Source of the DNA: Candidatus Pacearchaeota archaeon
Lineage (GTDB): Archaea > Nanobdellota > Nanobdellia > Pacearchaeales > GW2011-AR1
DNA: 64,000 nt
Direction: 5' to 3'
Assembly (NCBI GenBank): GCA_023136775.1
Contig: JAGLQO010000001.1
Location: forward strand, 47,488 to 111,487
Below are positions 41,757-52,250 of this stretch, piece by piece. A program made the translations under genes and the position numbers. The first letter of the stretch is position 1. Every line of letters starts with the position of its first letter. The notes beneath the pieces are model-generated. The model was not told the origin of the DNA. It was given only the letters and a program-made list of their open reading frames with translations, and did no database searches.

Positions 41757-44057
41757 TTAACTATTTTTCTTTACGGTCTTTTTCTTTACGGGTTTCTTTT
41801 TTGTTGCAACCTTCTTTTTCGTAGTCTTTTTCTTTTTCGCTTCTTTGGATTTTTCGGCAGCTTTTCTTTCTTTTTCAGCCTCTTTTACATGGTCGACTAT
41901 TTTACCGTCGATAATTTCAATTTCACCTTTTGCTAATCGTTCTTTAAATTCTTTCTTTTTCTTTTGGGCTTCTTCGTTTGTTGAACACTCTGGATTAAAA
42001 CAAAGTTTCCATGGTGCTCCACCTTTTTTAAATATTGCAACTTTGGGCCATCCACATTCTTCACATTTTTCTAAAGCTCCTTCTTCTAGTCCTTTTTCTT
42101 CGCATTGTTTTTTTGAAAGTCTAGCAGGTTTTGCAACCCCCTTTGGAGGAAGTGAATAAATTGTTTTACATTTAGGGTAGGCATCACAACTTACAAAATA
42201 TCTCGAAAATCTTTTCCCGTACATTACTCTTAATTTTCCCTTGTGGCAAACTGGACATTCAGTCATTGTATTTTGTTCTTTTTCTTGTTCCCAAACAATT
42301 GCATTTGCGTCAGCTAAACATTTCCCCATTTTTTCGATATTCTTACTCATACTTTCAGCAATTTTTCTAACTTTTTCTTTTGCATCTTCTAGAATTTCTC
42401 CTTCTTTTTCTTCTAATCCATTTTCTAAAAGTTCCATTTCTTCTAATTTTTCAGTCATATCTTTTGTCATTTTTTCATTTAAAATTATTGGAGCGTATTT
42501 TTCTAAAGTATCACACATTCTCATTCCAAGCTCTGTAACTTCAATGCTTTTTTCTATTGCATATCCTCTAGAATAAAGTGTTTCAATAATATTTGCTCTA
42601 GTAGCTTTTGTTCCAAGTCCTCGTTTTTCCAGTTCCTTAACAAGTGAAGCGGCCGAATATCTTCCAGGGGGTTTAGTTTCTTTTTCCTCTGTTCTAATTT
42701 CAAGTACATCCACATTTCCATCTATCGTCGGTATTTTAGCTTCTTTAGTGGAATATGGATAAACATTCATCCAACCTTTTTCTTTTATTATGTTTCCTGT
42801 GGCAGTGAAGTTTAATCCATTTACAACAACTTTTATTCTTTTGTTTTCAACTAATCCCGCTTGCGCAAAACAAGAAATAAATCTTTTTACAATTAAATCA
42901 AATATTTTTTTATCTCTTTCTGGGACTTTTTTATTTTCTCCAGTTGGATAAATTGCAGGATGCGCAGGATCAGATTTTTTACCTTCAGTCGGTTTTTTGT
43001 TTACAGCATATTTCACTAAAGTAGTATACTTTTTCAATTTCTTCAAAATTTTATCGTAACCTATTGATTCATCGTATTTTTGAGAGGAAGTTCTTGGATA
43101 AGAAATTAAACCCGCGAGATAAAGACTTTGTGCAGTTTTCAAAGTTTGAGATGGAGTAGACCCACAATATCTATACGCTTCGGTTTGTAATGTCGTTAAA
43201 TCAAATGGAGTTGGTACTGCGACAACGTTTTCTTTAATAGTAGTTTTGGCTTTTCCACTTTTTCCTTGAAGGTGTTTGAATTTCAAAAGTTCTGATTCGT
43301 TAAAGATATCTTTTGGATGTTTAACTTCTAGTTTTTGATTTTTAATATCTTTTATTTGAAGGTATATATTCCAAAAAGGTTCTGGAATAAATGCATTTAT
43401 TTCTTTTTCCTTATCTACAATTATTTTTAGTGCTGGACCTTGGACTCGACCAATAGAAAGTATTCTAAAAGTTCCAGTAGAACTTAATGCTTTCATTAAT
43501 CCACGAGACAAATTTATACCGTAGAACCAATCAATATAATGACGAGTTTCTCCTGCAAATGCTGCTCCCCAATTGAGAGTTGGAAGTAAGTTTTCAAATG
43601 ATTCGTCTAATGCTGGTTTTGTTAAAAGTGAAAATTTCATACGTTTAGCATCTTTTTGTTTGCAAACAAATCGTACAATATTCCATCCAATAACTTCTCC
43701 TTCTACGTCAAAGTCCGTCGCGACAATAAATTCATCGGCTTCTTTTGCTAATTTTTTTAGAACACTCAAATATCTTTTCGTAAAAGCTCCACTTTTCTTT
43801 TGATGAGCAGGAAACCAACCCACTTCGAAATTTGGGAAAGGTCCTCTTTTGGCTATTTGTTGAACTCCAAATAAATGACCAACTGCACAACCTACTATGT
43901 ATCTTTTAGTTCCTTTATAAAATTCATAATAAGAAACTTTGTCTTTGTTTGTTATTTTTTCGTCGGTTGCTCCACTTAATGCTGCTGCAATTTTTTCAGC
44001 TGCTGCTGGTTTTTCTGTAATAATTAAAGTTGTATTTTTATTAACTTTCTTTGCCAT
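41757..44057 (-). CDS. topA: type IA DNA topoisomerase (TopA-like) with zinc ribbons and Lys-rich tail
   Basis: Toprim LIITEKPAAAEKIA / DFDVEGE; ISYPRTSS active-site region; CPVCHKGKL...CDAYPKC zinc ribbons; start at MAKKVNK with a TATA-like TTTAAATATAA upstream. Confidence 0.9.
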   Translation of the reverse strand: MAKKVNKNTTLIITEKPAAAEKIAAALSGATDEKITNKDKVSYYEFYKGTKRYIVGCAVGHLFGVQQIAKRGPFPNFEVGWFPAHQKKSGAFTKRYLSVLKKLAKEADEFIVATDFDVEGEVIGWNIVRFVCKQKDAKRMKFSLLTKPALDESFENLLPTLNWGAAFAGETRHYIDWFYGINLSRGLMKALSSTGTFRILSIGRVQGPALKIIVDKEKEINAFIPEPFWNIYLQIKDIKNQKLEVKHPKDIFNESELLKFKHLQGKSGKAKTTIKENVVAVPTPFDLTTLQTEAYRYCGSTPSQTLKTAQSLYLAGLISYPRTSSQKYDESIGYDKILKKLKKYTTLVKYAVNKKPTEGKKSDPAHPAIYPTGENKKVPERDKKIFDLIVKRFISCFAQAGLVENKRIKVVVNGLNFTATGNIIKEKGWMNVYPYSTKEAKIPTIDGNVDVLEIRTEEKETKPPGRYSAASLVKELEKRGLGTKATRANIIETLYSRGYAIEKSIEVTELGMRMCDTLEKYAPIILNEKMTKDMTEKLEEMELLENGLEEKEGEILEDAKEKVRKIAESMSKNIEKMGKCLADANAIVWEQEKEQNTMTECPVCHKGKLRVMYGKRFSRYFVSCDAYPKCKTIYSLPPKGVAKPARLSKKQCEEKGLEEGALEKCEECGWPKVAIFKKGGAPWKLCFNPECSTNEEAQKKKKEFKERLAKGEIEIIDGKIVDHVKEAEKERKAAEKSKEAKKKKTTKKKVATKKKPVKKKTVKKNS

Positions 44058-44100
44058 CTTTAAAGAATAAGTCTGTATTATATTTAAATGTAGTGACAAT

Positions 44101-44895
44101 CTAGCTCCTAACTAAATATTCGAGTTCCTTAATTTCTTTCACATCCCTTAATTTTTCGACTACTCTATCCTGAATTTGTCTCACTCTTTCTTTTGTAATT
44201 CCATATTGTATACCCAATTCTTCCTGACTATATTTAAAATTATCTTCATTTAGCCCAGATCTTTTTTTCAAAATGTCTGCTTCTCTTGGAGTTAACTCTT
44301 TATCGAATATAGATATTAGATCGTGTCTTAAAAAATTTTGAGTTTCTCCTGGGTTATATGTGTTATCTGGAGTGGAATCCAAAATTGTTTCCCAAGAATT
44401 AGAATTGTTATAATCTAATGAAGATATAGCATTAACATTAATTAATCTTTTAATAGAATCTATATCTTCTCCCATTTCTTGTGAGATAGTTTCAATATTA
44501 TTTCCTCTAGATTCCATAATATGTATTCTTGAAAGCTTATGGTGCTTCTTGCTAGATATTCGGATTGTTCTAGATTTTTCAATCAATGCATTAGAAATAA
44601 ATCCTTTTATGTAAGATATAGCATAGGTACTAAATTTAGTATCCCTTGATGGATCATATCTTTTTACGGCTTTTATAAGTCCACAATTTCCTTCTTGGAC
44701 AAGTTCATCATAACTGAGTCCACGCCATCTAAATTTTTTAGCTTCTTTTAAGACAAGTCCAAAATTAGAATTAATCAGAATATCTCTAGCTTCTAGATTT
44801 CCTAAATCTTTTTCTCTTCCGAGTTTTTGTTCTTCATCTTTACTTAGTAGAGAATATTTTTTAGCCTCCTTTCTATAATAATCCAGACTTTCCAT
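44101..44895 (-). CDS. sigma-70-family RNA polymerase sigma factor homologue
   Basis: region 2: LINSNFGLVLKEAKKF..LSYDELVQEGNCGLIKAVKRYDPSRDTKFSTYAISYIKGFI; region 4: LTPREADILKKRSGL...EELGIQYGITKERVRQIQDRVVEKLR. Confidence 0.85.
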   Translation of the reverse strand: MESLDYYRKEAKKYSLLSKDEEQKLGREKDLGNLEARDILINSNFGLVLKEAKKFRWRGLSYDELVQEGNCGLIKAVKRYDPSRDTKFSTYAISYIKGFISNALIEKSRTIRISSKKHHKLSRIHIMESRGNNIETISQEMGEDIDSIKRLINVNAISSLDYNNSNSWETILDSTPDNTYNPGETQNFLRHDLISIFDKELTPREADILKKRSGLNEDNFKYSQEELGIQYGITKERVRQIQDRVVEKLRDVKEIKELEYLVRS

Positions 44896-44934
44896 AAGAA
44901 TATCATTTGTTACTATTTTATAAAGGTAACTACT

Positions 44935-45528
44935 CTATATTTCTATAATTATTCCATTACTTCCAACTTGGATAACTTTTGTGTTTCCTATGATATCTTC
45001 TAATCCCTCGGCTTCGTGGATATGTGCAGATATTAGTAAATCTGGTTCAAATAATCTGACCGCTTTTTCAATAATGATGTCGCCTGGTATACCTGAGAAT
45101 TCTGCTTTCGTTCCACTAGCGTGAAGGTGTGAAACTAGAATTTGTTTCCCCATCTTCATTTTTTTCAGATTTTTTTCTATTCTTGAAAAATCATCTTCAT
45201 TTAAATTTAATGTCCAATTTGGAGATCCAATTCCTGCGATTCCAACGTCGCCATATGTTACATATTTATTATGAATACATTTGGCTCTTTTTATTAAAGA
45301 AGCTGCGTCTGTGTTGAAGTCACAGTTGCCAGGAATGAAGATAACTTTTTGTTTTGCTTTGGTAAATGGTTCTAATATATTTTTATTTCCACCTTTGTAT
45401 CCATAAATGTCTCCAGCCAAAATTACTAAATCAACTTCTTCCCTTTCCCCTTTTTTTGATAATTTTTTAGCTATGCTTAAATTTCCATGCAAATCTCCCG
45501 CGGCTAAAATTTTGAGTTTCTTTTCCAT
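44935..45528 (-). CDS. metallophosphoesterase (YfcE/MJ0936-like)
   Basis: motifs AAGDLHGN, LAGDIYG, GNCD, SHLHASG, SAHIHE. Confidence 0.8.
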   Translation of the reverse strand: MEKKLKILAAGDLHGNLSIAKKLSKKGEREEVDLVILAGDIYGYKGGNKNILEPFTKAKQKVIFIPGNCDFNTDAASLIKRAKCIHNKYVTYGDVGIAGIGSPNWTLNLNEDDFSRIEKNLKKMKMGKQILVSHLHASGTKAEFSGIPGDIIIEKAVRLFEPDLLISAHIHEAEGLEDIIGNTKVIQVGSNGIIIEI

Positions 45529-45906
45529 AATAACAATTTCTATTTTAGATTTATAGTTCTTTCCTGTATAGTGGATTTTCTCTTAGGTGTTTCAAATATG
45601 AACTATTATCGTCTATTTTTTGTCTTTGGATTTCGTTATAATTTTTCATGTACCCATTAGCAAGTATTAGAGAAATTTCCCTTATTGCCGAAATAGTATT
45701 TTGATATTTAATATCAGAATCTGTGGCAATTTTTTTTCTGGTAAATCCTCTTCAGCAATTTTAATTAATAATTTAGAAGCTTTCGTACTAAGTCTTTCTA
45801 AATCACTCTTTTCTTCTTTGTCAAATTTTATACAATAACAAAGAATAGATTCTTTATATTTTTGCCTATTCCATAATTTTTTAAACGTATTTTATCTGAC
45901 TTTCTT

Positions 45907-48267
45907 ATGGTAGAAATGGCGAAGCCCAAGAAGAAAGGATACGATTTTACAGAGGTCGAACCGAGAATAAAGGAGTTCTGGGAAAAAGAAAAGATTTTCA
46001 AATTTGATATAACTAAAGACAATATTTATTCTATTGATACTCCTCCGCCAACAGTTTCAGGAGCAATGCACATAGGACATTCATTTTCATATTCTCAGCA
46101 AGATTTCATAGCAAGGTTTAGAAGAATGAACGGCGGAGTTTTTTACCCATTCGGAACTGACGATAATGGTTTACCGACAGAAAGATTAGTTGAAAAAATA
46201 AAGAAGGTAAAAAGTAAGAACATGACTCGAGCTGAATTTATCGAACTTTGCTTAGAGACCTTAAAAGAAATTACCCCAAAATTTGTAGAAGACTGGAAGC
46301 GACTTGGAATTTCTGCAGATTATGATATCTGTTATTCCACTATTGATGAAAATTCTAGGAAGATTTCTCAAAAGTCTTTTATAGATTTATATAAAAATGG
46401 CTTAGCATATCAAAAAGAGTTTCCAACTATTTGGTGTCCAACATGTCAAACTCCAATTGCTCAAGCTGAATTAGAAGACAAAGAATCCAGCACATTTTTT
46501 ACAACATTAAAATTTTCAGTTGAGGAAAAAGATTTATTGATTGCAACAACTCGTCCAGAATTACTTCCTGCTTGCGTAGCAATTTTTGTAAATCCAGCTG
46601 ACGACAGATATAAGGACTTAGTTGGGAAAAAAGCCAAAGTTCCATTAATGGATTTTGAAGTTTCAATTCTAGAAGACGAATCGGCAGATATTGAAAAGGG
46701 AACTGGAGTTTTGATGATTTGTTCTTACGGAGATAAATTCGATGTTGATGCAATTGGAAGACATAATTTAGAGGAAAAAATAGTTTTGGGAAAAGATGGC
46801 AAGTTTATCCAAGGTCCATATTCTGGAGAAAAAATAATTGACGCAAGAAAACAGATATTAAGCGACTTAAAAGAGGCAGGTTTAATTGAAGAACAAAAAC
46901 AGATTACTCACGTTGTAAACACTCATGATAAATGTGGAACAGCAATAGAATTTATTCCAACAAAGCAATGGTTCATTAAAGTTATGGATAAAAAAACAAA
47001 ATTAATAGAGCAGGGTAAGAAAATTAATTGGAATCCTGAACATATGTTCAAGCGATATGAAAATTGGATTAATGGTCTAGCATGGGATTGGTCAATTTCA
47101 AGAGAAAGACATTTTGGTGTACCAATTCCTGCTTGGGAATGTAGTAAGTGTGGTAAGATAATTTTGCCAGACGAATCAGAGCTTCCAATAGACCCACTCC
47201 AGACGAAGCGAATTTGTCCGAATTGTAATATCGAAGCTATTCCTGAATCTAAAGTTTTGGATACTTGGGCGACTTCTTCAATGTCTCCACAAATCGCAGC
47301 ATCTTTAATCGACAATAAAATAGAAATTCCATATTCTCTTCGTCCACAAGCTCACGACATAATTAGAACATGGGCATTTTATACGATAGTCAAATCTATG
47401 TACCATGAGGATAGTATACCGTGGAAGGACATTGTTATTTCTGGGAATGTTTGTATTAAAGGCGAGAAGATGAGTAAAAGTAAAGGTAATGGAGTTGACC
47501 CTAAAAAAGTTATTGAGGATTATGGAGCCGACGCTTTGCGTTTCTGGGCAAGTGGTTCAAAACTTGGAGGTGATCCAGATTATCAAGAACAGGATTTAAT
47601 CGCTGGTAAAAAAATAGTTACAAAACTTTGGAACGCATCAAAATTTGTGTTTATGAATCTTGAAGATTTTGATGGGAATAAACCAGAAATTTTAGAAAAA
47701 ATAGATGAAGAGTTTTTGAAGAATACTGAAAGTTTAGTTAAATCTGCAACTAAGCATTTTGAAGAATATCATTATTCTTATGCGAAGGCAGAAGTAGAAA
47801 GATTTTTTTGGAGCGATTTTTGTGATAATTATTTAGAGATTGTAAAAAGGAGGGTTTACCAGGGACAAGGTGAGCCAAAAAAATCTGCACAATATGTTCT
47901 TCATAAGTCACTGCTTGTAATCTTGAAATTATTAGCTCCTATAATGCCATTCATCACAGAAGAAATTTATCAGATTTACTATAAGAAAACTGAAAATGAT
48001 AAATCAGTTCATATCTCTAATTGGCCAAAATATTCAAAAGATGCTGAGAAGTCAGAATCCTTTGATAAATTTTTAGAAGTTCTAGCAAAAGTAAGAAGCG
48101 AAAAAACTTCAAATCAAAAATCTATGAATTCAGAAATTATTTTGACTCTTGATGCTGAAGATACTTTGACTATCAAGGGAATGGAAGAAGATTTTAAGTC
48201 TGTAACAAATTCTAAAGAAATTCAATTGGGCGAATTTAACGTTGAGTTTGTTGAAAAGAGCGAATAG
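45907..48267 (+). CDS. valS: valine--tRNA ligase
   Basis: IDTPPPTVSGAMHIGH (HIGH region) and KMSKSKGN; archaeal ValRS-like layout, compact at 786 aa. Confidence 0.8.
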   Translation: MVEMAKPKKKGYDFTEVEPRIKEFWEKEKIFKFDITKDNIYSIDTPPPTVSGAMHIGHSFSYSQQDFIARFRRMNGGVFYPFGTDDNGLPTERLVEKIKKVKSKNMTRAEFIELCLETLKEITPKFVEDWKRLGISADYDICYSTIDENSRKISQKSFIDLYKNGLAYQKEFPTIWCPTCQTPIAQAELEDKESSTFFTTLKFSVEEKDLLIATTRPELLPACVAIFVNPADDRYKDLVGKKAKVPLMDFEVSILEDESADIEKGTGVLMICSYGDKFDVDAIGRHNLEEKIVLGKDGKFIQGPYSGEKIIDARKQILSDLKEAGLIEEQKQITHVVNTHDKCGTAIEFIPTKQWFIKVMDKKTKLIEQGKKINWNPEHMFKRYENWINGLAWDWSISRERHFGVPIPAWECSKCGKIILPDESELPIDPLQTKRICPNCNIEAIPESKVLDTWATSSMSPQIAASLIDNKIEIPYSLRPQAHDIIRTWAFYTIVKSMYHEDSIPWKDIVISGNVCIKGEKMSKSKGNGVDPKKVIEDYGADALRFWASGSKLGGDPDYQEQDLIAGKKIVTKLWNASKFVFMNLEDFDGNKPEILEKIDEEFLKNTESLVKSATKHFEEYHYSYAKAEVERFFWSDFCDNYLEIVKRRVYQGQGEPKKSAQYVLHKSLLVILKLLAPIMPFITEEIYQIYYKKTENDKSVHISNWPKYSKDAEKSESFDKFLEVLAKVRSEKTSNQKSMNSEIILTLDAEDTLTIKGMEEDFKSVTNSKEIQLGEFNVEFVEKSE

Positions 48268-48301
48268 CAACCTCTATAAATAAATTTCTTATATATTTAC
48301 T

Positions 48302-49396
48302 ATGAATGAAGCACAAAAATTTGAACTGGAATCTTTGATTGAAGAATTGGAAGGTTACCGAGGAAGACATACAGAATTTATTACTGTATTGGTACCAGCA
48401 GGTGCGACTTTAACCCAAACCACAAAACAACTTGAAGATGAAAAAGGGACTGCTACAAATATTAAATCTACCTCAACTAGAAAGAATGTCATTAATGCGT
48501 TGGACCGAGCTGCTAGAAAATTAAAAGAGATTGCAAGAACTCCAGAAAATGGATTGGCAGTTTTCGCTGGAAATGTAACTTTTCCAGACGGGAAAGAGTC
48601 ATTGGAAGTTTGGGCAATTGAACCTCCAAAAAAATTGAAAGTTAAAATTTACAGATGTGATCAAACTTTTGTATTAGATCCTTTGAAAGAAATGTTGGAA
48701 ACTGATGAATGTTATGGGCTAATGATTATCGAGAGAAACGAAGCGACGATTGGAATGTTGGACGGAAAACATATTAAAATATTACATCATATGACTTCTG
48801 GAATCCCTGGCAAGACAAAATGCGGTGGACAGTCAGCTCAAAGATTTGCTAGAATTAGAGAATCAGCTGCCAAAGAATTTTTTAAAAGAATTGCTGAAAG
48901 AATGAAAGATTTATTTTTTGGAAATAAAAAGTTAAAAGGAATTTTGATTGGAGGACCAATCCCAACAAAAGACAGATTCCTTGATCAGGCTCAGTTGGTG
49001 ACAGAATTAAAAAATAAAGTTATCGCTGTTAAGGATTTGGGTGGAACGGGAATGCATGGATTACATGAATTAGTCGAACTTTGTGCGGATACTCTAGCCG
49101 AACAAGAATTTACTAAGCAAAGAGTTATTCTGGATTTGTTTTTTGAAAAGCTGGCAACAGATCCGAATAAAGTTGCCTATGGCGAGGCTGAAGTTGAAGA
49201 CAGGCTGAATAGAGGAGCCGTAGAAAAATTAATTATTTCTAAAAGTCTTGCTAGGGATAAAGTTAAGCTATTGGAAAAAATGGCAAAAGAATCTTCAGCA
49301 GAAATTTATATTGTAACGAACGAAACTGCCGAAGGTGTTCAGTTTGATAATCTTGGTGGCGTTGGCGGATTACTTAGATTTGAAATTCATGATTAG
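48302..49396 (+). CDS. prf1: peptide chain release factor aRF1
   Basis: NIKS-like TATNIKSTSTRKN and GGQ motif KCGGQSAQRFARIRE. Confidence 0.9.
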   Translation: MNEAQKFELESLIEELEGYRGRHTEFITVLVPAGATLTQTTKQLEDEKGTATNIKSTSTRKNVINALDRAARKLKEIARTPENGLAVFAGNVTFPDGKESLEVWAIEPPKKLKVKIYRCDQTFVLDPLKEMLETDECYGLMIIERNEATIGMLDGKHIKILHHMTSGIPGKTKCGGQSAQRFARIRESAAKEFFKRIAERMKDLFFGNKKLKGILIGGPIPTKDRFLDQAQLVTELKNKVIAVKDLGGTGMHGLHELVELCADTLAEQEFTKQRVILDLFFEKLATDPNKVAYGEAEVEDRLNRGAVEKLIISKSLARDKVKLLEKMAKESSAEIYIVTNETAEGVQFDNLGGVGGLLRFEIHD

Positions 49397-49562
49397 CGCC
49401 GACGTATAAAATTGATAAGTGATTTATATTTTGAAATATATATTTTGTAAATTGAAGGGCTTATATCCGTGAGTAATTTTTGATTAGTATTTAATAGAGA
49501 CAGCTTTCTGATTAGTTTTTTTGGATGATTAGTTTTTTAAATTGCATTTAACTGATTTAAGG

Positions 49563-51710
49563 ATGGGTGTTGAAGAGTCGTTTTCTCCTGATTCTGGAGA
49601 ATTAGAAGAAGGGGAATTGCAGAAAAATATTGATTCCGTAGAGTTGGATAAAAAGAAATCTGAAAATAAAAGATTTTTTATCAATAAAGATATGATTGTG
49701 CAATTTTTATGGAAATTTAAATTTATAGATAAAAGAATTTTTATCGGAATTGGATTTTTTTTTACTATTGCCGTTGTTTTTTATTTAGCTTTTTTTATTT
49801 CTCATAATACGGATTCGTCTCTAATTGAAGAGGATGATATTTTTGATCCTTTTAGCGACAATATTTTAAGTAAAACTCCATTAGAAGAAAAAATTGATAG
49901 TTCTAAATTTGAGGAGGAAGATGCCAATTCGGGAAAGTTTTCTGAGTTGTCCGAGAAGATAGATTCGGTTTCTTCTTCTGAATTATTTGAGGGTGTTAGG
50001 GCTAGACTTGCTGTGGGGGATACTTTGGAACTTGATATGGATTTGGCTAGACATGAATTATCAATTGATTCTATTAATGGGGAATCTGTTGAGGTTACTA
50101 TAATGAGTGATCCAATATTTACCACGTTTAAATTTAATATTCCAAAGAAATTTGATTTGAATAAGGATGGTGTTTACGATTTGGAAATTGAACTTTTAGA
50201 GATAGTTGATAAAGAGGGAATTCTGGCTATTCAGGAAATCAAAGAGTTTTATGATGTTGATTCAGAGGAGGCTACTAGCGAATTGATTGAAACTGAGACA
50301 GGATTTGTTTATGTTTCTGTTGAAGATGTTCCGTATTCTTGTGTAAGAAAGGATGGTTATGTGGAATATTTTTATCTTAGAATTTGGAAGGATGGTGAAA
50401 ATATTTTTGATGAAAAAATGTATGGTAAAACAATTTATGATTCATGTCCAACGCATGATTCATTTATTCAATATTCTTGTGGAGAAGATAATGTATTGGT
50501 TTCAACAGATGGAAATTGCAGTAGTCGTCTTGAAACTTGTTTTGAGGGAAATTGTATAATTAGCAGTTATGAAAGAAATATGGGAAAGAGCGGAAGTCCC
50601 GAAGAGAATTATTTGGGAGAAAATGAGTGTTATTTTATTATTGGAGATACTACTTTTTGGGTAAGTAGCGAAGAAGAAATTTGTAGAAATTTATTTATTG
50701 CGGATGCTGCATATGTTGATGAAGATTTATTTGGAGAATTGCTTGAATATTATGAATATGATATTTCTATGATGGAAGATGGTGTAAGGTTGAGAGACAT
50801 ATCTGTTAGCTATGTTTCAAATTTGGATAATATAAATTATTTTGATGATATTAAGGATAAATTGGTTTCAGATAAATGTGAAACTTTGGAATTCTTAGGA
50901 ATTGATTTATATTGTTTTAACGGTGTAGATGAAGTAATTAATCATAAGCTTGAATATATGATAAACATTATAACGTTTTTCAATAATCTTAATTTAGAAT
51001 ATGATAGTTTTTTGGTTGATGTTTCGCCATATAATTTTTTAATTGATGATGATATAACTTTTATTTATGGTGCTGGTTCTGAATTTTATGATGGATTATA
51101 TTTGAATCAAGATTCGGGTTGTAGTGAAGGAGACTTATTCGCTAATTATGAGAATATTGATGGGAAAAATAATATTTTTGTTTGTGATGGGTTACTTACC
51201 TATTTAACTCCATTTTATAGAGTTGCATATGCTTCAGTTATTTATCGCGAAGCTTTGGAGATGTTTGAGGGCAGGGATGAAAAATGTTATGAATCTACAA
51301 AAATAGAATATTATACAGAAAATTTGATTTGTGATTATTGTAAAGATTATGGGACAATAGATGAAAACAATCCATTTAAAAAAGATGATATAAAAAGATG
51401 TGATAAATATGATGATTCCAATACCGATATTGAATGTTTTATTGATGATAAACCAAATGATTGTGATATTTGTAACGATTGGGAAACTCTTACAAGATAT
51501 ATTCCAAGTGAGCGTGATATTCCAGCATTTTATAATAATTTTGATAGTCTATATGGAGAATATATTAATTATTTATATGGAATGTCGCAGGATGATGGTT
51601 TATTATATGTAGATAGACAAAAATTTTATTCTTTGGCTGTTGCGGAATTTAACGATTTTGGATGTGATGATGGTCCTGATTCTGATTATAAATCTATGGT
51701 TTACCCATAA
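49563..51710 (+). CDS. large membrane-anchored, acidic, Cys-rich extracellular protein
   Basis: first ATG at 49563; single TM IFIGIGFFFTIAVVFYLAFFI, then about 630 aa rich in D/E/Y/C/N; no recognisable domain. Confidence 0.6.
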   Translation: MGVEESFSPDSGELEEGELQKNIDSVELDKKKSENKRFFINKDMIVQFLWKFKFIDKRIFIGIGFFFTIAVVFYLAFFISHNTDSSLIEEDDIFDPFSDNILSKTPLEEKIDSSKFEEEDANSGKFSELSEKIDSVSSSELFEGVRARLAVGDTLELDMDLARHELSIDSINGESVEVTIMSDPIFTTFKFNIPKKFDLNKDGVYDLEIELLEIVDKEGILAIQEIKEFYDVDSEEATSELIETETGFVYVSVEDVPYSCVRKDGYVEYFYLRIWKDGENIFDEKMYGKTIYDSCPTHDSFIQYSCGEDNVLVSTDGNCSSRLETCFEGNCIISSYERNMGKSGSPEENYLGENECYFIIGDTTFWVSSEEEICRNLFIADAAYVDEDLFGELLEYYEYDISMMEDGVRLRDISVSYVSNLDNINYFDDIKDKLVSDKCETLEFLGIDLYCFNGVDEVINHKLEYMINIITFFNNLNLEYDSFLVDVSPYNFLIDDDITFIYGAGSEFYDGLYLNQDSGCSEGDLFANYENIDGKNNIFVCDGLLTYLTPFYRVAYASVIYREALEMFEGRDEKCYESTKIEYYTENLICDYCKDYGTIDENNPFKKDDIKRCDKYDDSNTDIECFIDDKPNDCDICNDWETLTRYIPSERDIPAFYNNFDSLYGEYINYLYGMSQDDGLLYVDRQKFYSLAVAEFNDFGCDDGPDSDYKSMVYP

Positions 51711-51711
51711 A

Positions 51712-52200
51712 CTAAAATATCTTAGCCATCCAATTTTTATAAATTCCAGTGTCGTTGCAATGATAAACTCGATGTGTTAGTTGATTCCATTTATTTTGAA
51801 TTTTTAATTTGTCTTTCATCCAATCGTTTTTAGAAGTCCATCCTAAATTAGGCGGTTTAAATTTTTCAGGAGTAAATTCGAAACATTCTTCAAAATCATT
51901 GATTCCCACTTGTAAATATTCTTCGTTTTTCTCAGTCCCAAATTCTTTGTATTCGTGAGTTACTCCATGAATTGCTAATTCTTTATTCATAGATAAAATT
52001 TCTTCACACCATGCTTTGTTGTTGGAGACATTATTAAATCTTGGAATTACGTAGTAAACGTCTGCCAATTCTAATAACTCTTTTTCGCAGGGAATAGTTG
52101 AGGATACATCGTCAATTTGTGTTGGTAGGATTAATCTAGTGAAGAATAATAGAATAAAAAGTCCCATTGGAACTATTATAAAGTGCCACCTTTTTTTCAT
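51712..52200 (-). CDS. membrane-anchored DUF2334/polysaccharide-deacetylase-like protein, tentative
   Basis: N-terminal TM; LAIHGVTHEYKEF resembles the DUF2334 HGxxH motif. Confidence 0.45.
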   Translation of the reverse strand: MKKRWHFIIVPMGLFILLFFTRLILPTQIDDVSSTIPCEKELLELADVYYVIPRFNNVSNNKAWCEEILSMNKELAIHGVTHEYKEFGTEKNEEYLQVGINDFEECFEFTPEKFKPPNLGWTSKNDWMKDKLKIQNKWNQLTHRVYHCNDTGIYKNWMAKIF

Positions 52201-52250
52201 ATAAATATTATATCAACAATCTTTTAAAACTCTTTTATCTAAGTAATTAA

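Noticed and set aside
45540-45895. Coding-looking minus-strand stretch between the phosphoesterase and valS, apparently frameshifted at an A8/T8 run (45731-45738)
   Set aside because: I translated both frames. Neither has a start codon upstream of the junction, and no domain was recognised. It is at best a decayed remnant and cannot be supported as a gene.
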